Shown: positions 38,738 through 48,500 of the stretch, piece after piece
Layout of the letters: each line of letters begins with the position of its first letter
Position numbering within the stretch: the stretch's first letter is position 1
Source of the DNA: Dimorphilus gyrociliatus
Lineage: Eukaryota; Animalia; Annelida
Length of the DNA: 64,000 nucleotides
Reading direction: 5' to 3'
NCBI GenBank assembly: GCA_904063045.1
Contig: CAJFCJ010000015.1
Coordinates: 1,361,423 to 1,425,422 of the forward strand
Notes under the pieces: model-generated
Told to the model about the DNA's origin: nothing
Seen by the model: only the letters and a program-made list of their open reading frames with translations
The model's database searches: none
Made by a program: the position numbers and the translations under genes

Positions 38738-39563
38738 TCAACTGCCTTTATTTAAACGCATATGATTTTCTATGATTTGAAATAATTCATGAGGTGAGGG
38801 GATCCTACCAGTCTCCATCTTCGACCAAACGGGCACGTCATTAAAGTAAACTTCGAAAGCTCCACTAGACATTAATTGTCCCTCGATAGCATTGCTTACA
38901 AAGAATAGCATGATTGACGCATAAAATTTATTAGCCGACGCCCAACTCCAAATATTTGGTGTTTCTACACCTAACCATTGGAATGGGTTTTGCCCCGTAA
39001 CGATTAGGCCTATTAGGAGAATTTTTGTGATTGATAGGATCTGAGCGATGAGTGGTCTAGGTTGAGATGGCACGTAATTTTCGCCGTCAACTACTAATGA
39101 TGGATATTTTTGATGAACATGATGTGCGTATTCTTCGAATACGCGTTTGTAGCCTCAGGAATAACTGGAAAATCAATTATTTAATTAATATTTCGAATAG
39201 AAATACATAAAATAAATGGCATGTAAAAAAAATTTAGCAGACATTATTTAATTTAACATATTGATTGACCATAATATATTAAACCCAGATGGAATTACGC
39301 AAAGATAATAAATTAAAAATTGCATTATTCTATTTGCCACTGGATTTATATTCAAGTCTGCAATACAATCGTCCTACTTGCTGAACTAACCAATAGAGAA
39401 AAGTCATCCTAGGACCAGTAAATTTTGATAACTTTGGGACTGGAATATCTTTTTCAACTTTCGACTGAGAATCTACATCCGAGGTAGCGCTGAATTCGCG
39501 CCATGTTACTAATAAAAGTAATAAGATTGACGATACTGAAACGGCCATCGTCAAGTCAGCCAT
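38738..39563 (-). CDS. SELENOT: Selenoprotein T (199 aa) with Sec-UGA at 39157-39155. Exons: 39563-39391, 39164-38738
   Basis: Signal peptide; TGPRMTFLYC|YSU-GYKRVFEEY (CxxU redox motif across a phase-2 intron); GENY.P; WAxxNKFYA; GAFEVYFNDVPVWSKMETGRIPS. A SECIS is present downstream. The ORF track splits this gene at the intron and the UGA. Confidence 0.97.
39126..39144 (-). promoter_or_regulatory. SRE-like hairpin 10 nt 3' of the Sec UGA
   Basis: GCGUAUUC-GAA-GAAUACGC, a perfect 8-bp stem inside the coding sequence. Confidence 0.6.
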
Positions 39564-39764
39564 TTAAGAGGGAGAACAGGTTCCAGATCCCATGCCCGAT
39601 GGAACTCGAACATATATTAATTGGAACACGGTACCAGAGAGTTCACCAGTTTATATAAATCTATTCTACGTTCGAAGAATAGTTTGCAAATGAATTCTCC
39701 CGAGGAAATAATCGCTTCAATTTTTTAATAAATCTCTTTGTAATTGGTAGGATTGGGAATCAGA

Positions 39765-41031
39765 ATGGAGTCTTCAAAGTAATTTTACGTCAAATCTTTA
39801 TGAACATTGTTTGTTTTACATTAATTTCTAATTTTTTATATCTACTCTCAGACAACAAGACGATAATCCAAAGAGTGATTCAGATGGAGAAAAACCCAGT
39901 GCGAATGGTCATCTGAATGAAAGATCACCGCCATCTGAGAGACATAAGAAACCTTGCCTAGTACAGAAATCCTCATTTGACTGCGGAAGCCAAGAATTGG
40001 TACCGGCTCTGAAAACGGATAAGAAATGCAACGAATTAGAAGAATTATCATCAGAACAGACACATCGAGTAACTGCAGCAGTCAATAATTCGTCAACTAG
40101 AAGAGGTATAACTATTGTCATGGCAAATACTCATTTTTATATAGACCTAGATGATATCGAAAAATATCCAGACACAATGTTAGCAAAAATGTTTGGAGTT
40201 TCCTACAGTCAAAACTTGACCAGACCAAATGAAAGAGGAGAATTTAATATTGATTACGACATATCGCCAATGGCTTGTCGGGCTGTTCTGTCTTTTTATA
40301 AAACAGGTTGTGTTTACATTCCACCTGGAGTTAGCGTACATGAAGTACGAGATGTCGCTGATTTTTTATTAATACCTTTCAATGTTGAAACTGTACGTAG
40401 TCGAAATTTGAGGGATCTCCTTCATGAATTTTCTGATGAGGGTGCTAGAAAGCAGTTTGAGCAGTTTGTTGACGATGAACTAGTCACCCAAATGGTGCTG
40501 AGTGCCGAAAGAGGTGATAGAGAGTGTCATGTTGTGATATTAACTGGAGAAGAAATTATTGACTGGGATGAGGATTATCCGCCTCAAATGGGAGAAGAAT
40601 ATACACAAGTCATAAAATCGGCTCCCATGTACAGATTCTTTAAATATGTAGAAAATCGCGATGTAGCTAAATCAGTGTTGAAAGATAGACGTTTAAAGAA
40701 AGTTCGATTAGGCATTGAAGGATACCCAACGTACAAGGAGAAAGTCAAACGGAGGCCCGACGGAAAATATGATGTTGTCTATAATTATGTTCAGAGACCT
40801 TTCATTCACATGTCTTGGGAAAAAGAAGAAGCTAGATCCCGTCATGTCGATTTTCAGTGTGTGAAATCAAAATCGATAACTAATTTAGCTGATGCAGTTG
40901 CTGAGCCTGAAATTTATCAGCAACCGGCAGTTGCTGCTCCTCCTCAACCTTCCGAACCATATCCTGGCAATTTGCTCATGGCAGCAGGAGGAGAAATTGT
41001 TAACGAACCAGAAGCAGATATCAATGGATAA
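39765..41031 (+). CDS. BTBD10: BTBD10/KCTD20-family BTB-domain protein. Exons: 39765-39778, 39852-41031
   Basis: BTB domain (YPDTMLAKMF, RPNERGEF, VLSFYKTG) and the conserved C-terminal region DWDEDYPPQMGEEY...GIEGYPTYKEKVK...YNYVQRPFIHMSWEKEE.RSRHVDFQCVKSKS. Confidence 0.95.
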
Positions 41032-41374
41032 ATAGCTTATACATCAAATATGCGTTCATTTACTTATAGTATTATTGCACTCTAGACTGCATGCTGTGCA
41101 CTTTAATTTGTTTTTTTTTTTGGCACAATCTAGATGTATCTTGTACCGTATCAAGTATTTACACTGCTATACTTATGAAAAGTATAGACTGTTTTTTTTC
41201 ATAATTAGTTACTAGAGATGTTTAATTTGAACAATGGTCATATAAAATGTATTTGAATAAACACACTGCATTTTGAAATATTAGAGTTTTTACGTATAGA
41301 AATTCGAGCGCAAAGAGAATAAACTGGTTCCATATTTTGTTAGGTAAAATATTCACTATGATAGAAAATCGAGC

Positions 41375-42337
41375 ATGAGTGCCAAAGTTGTAACAACAGA
41401 TGCACTATCAAGCGACAGCGATATTGGTAAAGTTTGATTTGTTCTCATAAAATATAAGATTTAATTTTTTGCTGCCAGAATCTTTAAATTTGATTACTTC
41501 CCCTGATATATATTAACAATAATCTTATTAATTGTACTAAAAAGGGAGCGATAATACAGACGAATTGCTGTCTGATCAAAAAGATGAAGTTCAGGAGCCA
41601 AAAGAAAAGTCCGGCTTGGCAGATGTTATGTCAAAAATTCTCAGTAAAAACATTCCTGATTCAAAGAAGAGTGTTATACTATCGAAAGCTAGGACAGATA
41701 AGCAGATCTTTAAGGCAAAGTTAAAAAGAAGACAAGATGACACCGATGACAGTGATAGCGATAATGAATATCAAAGGAAGCAAAAAGTATACTTTGTAAA
41801 TTAAGTTATCACGCGCATTATCTAACCTAATTTTATTTTGAAGAAACTTGAATGGAAGAAGATGGCGAGGACAAAACCGAAACCTCTAGATAAAGAAAAG
41901 GAGCGAACTCTGGCAAAAATAGCTACAAGGTTGTAGAGAGAAAAAAGCAAACAGCTTTAAATATCTTTACATGTCTTTACATGTTTTTCTACCTTTCATT
42001 CAGAGGCGTCGTCCAACTATTCAATGCTGTACGGTCACAGCAAAAGCAGACTGAAGAGCGATTAATGAATGCTTCAACGGAAGCAAAAAAAGATCAAGTT
42101 TTAAAAGATACAAAGCGTAAGGGCACTTTTATCGATATGTTAAAGAATGAGAAACCGAACAAAGAGGGTGCTAAAAAATGGAAAGCTTTGAAAGAAGATC
42201 TTTCAATGGAATCTGCTAATATGAAAGACTGGTCGGATGAAAATGGCGAAGAAAGCGATGAAAATGATGAAATAACCGATGAGGATGATAATAGTGATGA
42301 TGGTGACGATAATGAAGAATTAGAGGATGACGAATAG
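41375..42337 (+). CDS. RRP15: RRP15-like ribosome biogenesis protein. Exons: 41375-41426, 41545-41786, 41844-41929, 42004-42337
   Basis: GLADVMSKILSK; IL.KA; ERTLAKIAT|RGVVQLFNAVRSQQK; F.DML; W..L..D...; acidic tail. Phases are consistent. Confidence 0.93.
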
Positions 42338-42453
42338 GATAAAAAATAAGAGTAAACTTTTCTCAAGTTTATGTTGAATTATGTAAATATATTCTAATGT
42401 ATATTGTTGTTTTCTTCTCTCTTTTTTTTAAGAATAATAATTATACTTGGGTA

Positions 42454-43128
42454 CTAGTTCAAACTTTGCTGGAGTTTTAAACGTAAAGGAGGAACTAATG
42501 CCCTCCTTTTTGGTTTATTGCAAGATTGTAATTTTCGTAACGTCGGTTCAGATACAGCTTTTTTAATATTTCCAATATACGCAAGATGGCGCATCGATAT
42601 ATTGTCCAAACAAGCATTTAAACTTTTCCTCCTAGAGAAATGATTGTAAATTGGCCTATTGTTGTATAGGAAAATGTCATAATTAAATCTCATATTTATA
42701 GGCCTAAAATAAATATTCTGTTGACCGCCTTCATACATCCTTTCCGCGAATGAACTTTGAATTGTTCTGACCACGAACAAACCACTCAGGCAAATAGATG
42801 ATATTTCTAAAGCCTGATCCAAGTATTGGCTATTACCCAATAGAAATCTAAGGCAGTCGTGCAGGTAACTATTGGCTGGTAACCAAAAAAGCTTATACGA
42901 AATGTAAGGCATTAATAGGCGAAAAGTAACATCTAATATTTCATCGACCATTTCATAGGCCCCGTTCCTTTGGCTACAACATCGTTGAGGTAGTGTTTGA
43001 CATAAGTGCGTCGAAGCGAACAAGAAAACGGCTGAAGCTCCGGGAGGGCATCCGTCATAGGATGTTGTAAGATAGCGACAATATTCCCAAAAGACTGCCC
43101 TTAATTCACCAAAAATACAAGTTAACAT
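42454..43128 (-). CDS. Unassigned protein-coding ORF (224 codons open; 165 aa from ATG 42951), possibly membrane-associated
   Basis: A long open frame in AT-rich DNA, convergent with RRP15, with hydrophobic stretches and RRKS/KAVSEP phosphosite-like motifs. There is an acceptor-like site at 43101/43100. No family was recognised and the true start is unresolved. Confidence 0.5.
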   Translation of the reverse strand: MLTCIFGELRAVFWEYCRYLTTSYDGCPPGASAVFLFASTHLCQTLPQRCCSQRNGAYEMVDEILDVTFRLLMPYISYKLFWLPANSYLHDCLRFLLGNSQYLDQALEISSICLSGLFVVRTIQSSFAERMYEGGQQNIYFRPINMRFNYDIFLYNNRPIYNHFSRRKSLNACLDNISMRHLAYIGNIKKAVSEPTLRKLQSCNKPKRRALVPPLRLKLQQSLN

Positions 43129-43455
43129 TATAATTTACTAATTAAAACATTGTTTTAAAGTTTTTATTGGCTTTTATAAGTTTGATACTCTTAGTTAATT
43201 TATAATTTGAAATAGTTATTAATTTTAAAAATTCAAAAGGAAAACACCCACGGCAATACAACAGATGGCAGTAGCAGTAGAATAAAAAGTGAAACGGTAA
43301 AGAGGGTTGGAACGTAAAGTTGTAAAGAGACCATTGACTAGCGGTAGGTTAATTACAGGGCGTTGGGTAGTGAATAAAGTGCGTATGTTGGCATGCGGGC
43401 CAAGATATTGTGACCGCTGGTCAGTGCGATGGTCAAATTCACGCATGCATAACAT
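42933..43455 (-). CDS. Alternative model: 124-aa spliced ORF (exons 43455-43248, 43099-42933) overlapping the ORF above by 19 nt from its ATG
   Basis: ATG at 43455, a phase-1 donor at 43247 and the acceptor at 43100 give a continuous frame MLCMREFDHR...AICCIAVG-GQSFGNIVAILQHPMTDALPELQPF...GPMKWSMKY*. No homology was recognised. Confidence 0.3.
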
Positions 43456-44199
43456 TCCTTATACGCTTCGTCGCCGCCGTCATTCATTCGACCAGTGGCT
43501 ATCTTTAGATGAACAACATTGAAATCATTTAAGTATTAGTATGGAAAGTAAAGAAAATAAATCTGCCTATCTTTTAATATATTTCATATAAATAAACTAA
43601 AAAAGCGGAAAGGTATGCTTTTCTTTCTTGCCTGTCCAAGGAAAATTTAGTGTGATGTTTTGTGGAAAGATTGAGAGGATAAGAAGATTTTTATACGTTG
43701 TTCTTTTTCGTCTTATAGTTTAGTAAAAAAAGTAAGAAAATGATATTCATTGTAGGTACATAGATGTAAATATTCATTTGTAAACGTGCGCACATATGTA
43801 TACGCTTGCGGATATCCGCCTGGCTCGTTTTACCAGTCCATTCGTCCGATGTCTTTCTCAAATTTCCCAGACGACGGCTACTTCCGGCAAAGCCAAAAAG
43901 GGACGTCGCAATTAGACGCCGAGAAGCTTCGTTGATGTATGCTGGGCGTGCGTCAGCGAAGAGCCAATGGGCATCGGGCTGCGAATGCATAATTAATCCG
44001 GCTATAGTCGCTGGCCTGCCGCATAGCGTCACAAACTCTCGTCGACGCCGTGTGTGAAGGAGGTTGGTTACTTTTATTTTTTACTTTTTTGTATAGAAAA
44101 TTAATTTTTCACATGTAAAACTAGAAAAACTTTTTCTTCTTTATAACATAACATAAAGTCTATTTGGGTGCTTTTAGCTTCTTATAAAGGTACTCATAA

Positions 44200-44460
44200 G
44201 AGCCGCATGGCGCCGTGCGTGAGGGAAGTTAGCAGATGTAGATATATATACGGGGAATAAGGGCAAGTAGGTGATTTTGAAATGATGCCCTTGCTGGGGG
44301 CACTAACGGTCAACGCTGATTGGTTGGGCAGCGCTTGATTAATGTCCAACGTCGACCGTTCATTGGCTAGGTGGACGTTGGGCAGTACGTTAGGAGCGCC
44401 ACGCCAGCTCGCGACAATTAGGTCAGTAGGGACGACGAATTACAGCGATTCAGGTAAGTC
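44200..44460 (+). promoter_or_regulatory. Putative BCL11 promoter and non-coding first exon
   Basis: GC-enriched patch with two ATTGG boxes (44319, 44362) and a strong donor CAG|GTAAGT at 44453/44454. A matching acceptor TTTTCTTGCAG at 45367 precedes the GC-rich 5' UTR. Confidence 0.4.
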
Positions 44461-45540
44461 TCGGCCAGCAGTTTTTGACAGGCTGTCGGGCTGCTTGTTG
44501 ACCGTTTTTTAAAAGCTTGCGGCTTTTCTGCCTCTCTCCCTCTATCTTCTCTTTAGTACGGATAGTATAAAAGCTTATTATTCGCATTTGCGCGTATTTT
44601 AGGTATAGATTTATTCTTTTAATTCTGATTTTTCTACTTAATTTTCGTATTATGATTGCGCATCTTTGTTAAGCTGATAAACGCTTCGTTTGTTTACATT
44701 GTTTTATGTATAAATATTAAGTGATAAACAAGTAAAAGTTACATTACTCGATAACATATATAGAAAGTGAGTTTGATAAAGTCAACAGTAGTTTGTTCCT
44801 GTTTTTCATTTGTTGTTGGTTTGTTGGTTTACTTTTTCTTGTAAGTATTTTGCGGACGGAAATCAGTGTATAGCAGGATAAGAAACAAAGGCGATTAGTC
44901 TTTCGGTTTTTGTTCTTTTTAAAACTCCTCCGGCGACGCTTCCCAGTCGTAAAATTAGGTCACCATGGCCGTCTGAAAATAATAATGAACATAAAGAAAA
45001 CTTTTACGCCACCTGGTGATGTAAGACATTGTCATTACTTTTAGAATTTGGCGGAAGAATTTTTGATGGATTTTTTTGGGAACCTTATGTAATTTTATTA
45101 CTAAGACGAACAACGGTGGTCTACAAAAGAAGTTTAAGTTCAAGTAGGATGTACTTATTTACGTAGTAGCTTTATAGAAATGTTGTATGGAAAAGTATAG
45201 GCAAAGCCCATTCTAGGTACTCTATATCGCGCAAAGATAAGGTAAAGGCTAAAATTTTACTTCGAAACCTTACGAATACTTATTTTTTCCCCTTATAAAT
45301 GTATATTTCGAGAGGAAATGAGTTTATTTGTTTAATGAACAAGTGTACAGAGAAAATTTTCTTGCAGATAATCCCGGAACCACTGTGTGGCGCTGTTACG
45401 CAAGCTTACGACGAATTGAATCCGAACGCTATCTGGCGGGAAAAGTGCTTCTTCTTCCGCCATACTTGTTATTGTGCGCTCGCCGGCGCCCGGCAGCAGG
45501 GACGCTTTTCAATGAGAAATTTCAATGATTCCGTTAAGAT

Positions 45541-48500
45541 ATGTCTAGGCGAAAACAAGGACGACCTCAACACCGTAGACAACTAGAAGAACGTAAGTAA
45601 TTTATTAATATCTAGTATTTTTTTTCAACTGGGACCATATATATTTAGATTATTTTTTGTAAATATTGCACACAATATATAGACAGTAGGGATAAGTTAA
45701 TTCTGTATCGGTTTGTCGCCAATCGAAACTTTGGTTTCGCGTCGATGATTTACAGACAGTCACGCGATATAGAAAAGGATGTCTAGCTTTATATATGATC
45801 TATATAGAAAATTTAAGGCCTACGAGATATATTCAGTATATTAAAGGGATAGGGAGAAAGATGCCTTTATAAAGAGAAAGAGGAGGATAATGCGTGTATA
45901 TATATATTCGTATATAAAGAAAATGTATCTATGTAGCCTTTTTCAATGTCGTGTGGGAAAAAAAGCGTATAAAAGATAGTAAGATAGAGAGAGCTGTGGT
46001 AAAAAAGAAAGAGAAGAGAGAGAAGGAAAAGCGGCGGCTAGAGACTCGGGTCAGTAAGGTCAGTCCGTAAGAGTATGCTGTTACGTGAATGAGAGAGTGA
46101 GTAATGCAAAGGCGGTAAGGGAACGGGGTGTAATATAAACGAATTAGGCGGGCGACGAAAAGAACGTTTAGTTGGTCAGCGCCGATAATAGCCGTTGATG
46201 GGCATTTGATGAAGCACGTTGGGGCCGTATGTGAAACGAAGCAAATCGCTTCATTAATAACAATTAATTATAGTAGTTTGTATAATGTAGAGACTATATT
46301 TTTTGTTGTGGAGCTCTCTCATTCTCAAAATATAAATATATATCTATATATATATATAAATAATAGTATACAGTCGGTATCTATTTTATATATATATATA
46401 TATAGATATATATATATAGTATAAATTCCTTCTCTCTTTTATGTATGTATATTTGTTGTTATATATGGGTAGGATCGGTTGATAGATTTTCATAAAAAAT
46501 CCACCCCATGAGGTCAATACGGTCAGTTCGGACAAGGAGGTGGCTATTGAAAGGCGGTACTTTGAAATATGTAACCGGTTGACGCCATCTTGCACAACTT
46601 CTTTTGATGTTTTTTTTTTCTTTTTTTTTTGCAATGTGGAATACAACGTTATTCCTCTTTACTCCTATACTTTTATAATTATGCAAACATATAGAATATA
46701 CTCAACAATAATTTTGTAAATATATTCAAGCATTTGAGGCGGTCAGCCTTTGGGCATTTAATTGATTGAATTTTCGGCAAGGGCAGTTTGTTGATTTTGT
46801 TGCGTCATGTGACGTGATCGCCTGGCAACGACCTGTCCAACTCGAGTTGAAGGTCGTCCGGGTCTTGTTTACTCGACCTCGGAGGGTCACAAAGCTCTTG
46901 GCTAATCTTGCCGCCACCGCCAATACCAGCCCTTGCTCGAATATAACGGATGCGTCCTCTTTATACTTTCTTCTTCCGCCCGCCACTTGACCAATTGACC
47001 GCCCACCTGCGTAAAAGATGGGCGGTATTCAACCAGCCATTCGCAATAATATCTCCCCTTTTAAGATCCTTATCATAAATTTTCATTCAATTAAATGACC
47101 AAACAAAATCGATTTACTATCGGTTTTTACTGATGCAGAAAGAGCGAAACTGAATTCAAAAAGAGAAAAAAAAATAAAAACTGTGTTTACACACTACACG
47201 TAAAAGCTGTTACTTGACGTTCGTTGATGATTTGTAGTCTAAATCTGATTATATACGACTGTTGGCCGCATATTTTTCATAGGGCTCGGCGCCAAAACGA
47301 AAAGCTAGTTGACAATGCATCTATTTGTATATCGGCTGTCTTTTTCAAATACGAGATCGCAGGCTGACCGGTGTCCGTATATCATTTATGTTTTTTTTTT
47401 ACGTTGGCCATACATATACATACAATATGACTATTGTATGTAGGGCTATATATTTATATCTTATATATTATATATATATATAACAAATTTAGGTTTAGGG
47501 ACATGAGTGTAGGGGTGGCGGGGGGGTGTTTTAAAAAATATTTCCTTCTTTCGTATTTAGCCTGTAAAGGCTATATATTTATATGTGTGAAAAGAGCATT
47601 TTAACGGTCGACAGAGCTTCTTGTAGCCACGGGGGTTGGTCGGAATTAAATATGGACGAAAGTATAATAAGTTATTAAGATATATATACACCAATGCAAA
47701 AGCCGCGTTGACCGGCCTTTTTTACTCCTTTCCTTTCTTCTTTTTTCCTTTCTTTTCTTCGTTTTTCAACCGTTTTTTGAATTATAGTGTCGTTAAAAAG
47801 GAGGTGTTCGACGAACGCCCGCATTTCGTCGCTTCTTGTTTACCTTTCTAGTTTAATGACGCGTTTGGATTGGGGGTTTCCACTCTACATATTTATTAAG
47901 TAGATATTAGGAATAAAGTAGCAGTAGAATATTTTAAATACGAATAGAATTACATAAATAAGTGAATTTGTCGTTAGAATTCAAATATTTTGTTCTGTTA
48001 ATATAACATATTCGATTCTCGAATGCCTTTTTAGCACCTGCACACCTTATGTACATAATTAAGTACAAATCTATATTATTTGTATATTAGTACAGTCAAT
48101 GTAGAGGCGTCACGCACGCATACAAGAACCGATAGTTTATTGATAAGAGTAACGTTAAAATCACCAATATCAAATGGCTAGTAGTACCGGCAGATTACCC
48201 CTATAACGTTTTTTTAGGCTTCGAGATAGGAATCAGATGAGTATATTCTGTCTTTGAACAAGACGTTTGAAAAACGGATAAAATTTCAATATATGATTGT
48301 CCACTATGCAGCTTCGTTAATCTTTTATGGCCTCGGTCGTTCTCTGTGTACACTACGAACGTAACTAAAGCCGGCTTGTTTCCTGCTCAATAATACTGTA
48401 TGTAATCTCCTATCGAAATATTTCTATAGAGTCGGCTTGACCAAAAATACAATTCTCCCCCCTACCTCTATCTCTCTACCTCTCTGTCGCTCATACAAAC

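Noticed and set aside
42933-42975. ORF1 end GTGPMKWS resembles the antizyme ORF1 end (GPRWCS-stop, +1 frameshift)
   Set aside because: There is no UCC-UGA shift site, the frame relation is -1 rather than +1, and the downstream ORF lacks antizyme motifs. No -1 slippery heptamer is present either.
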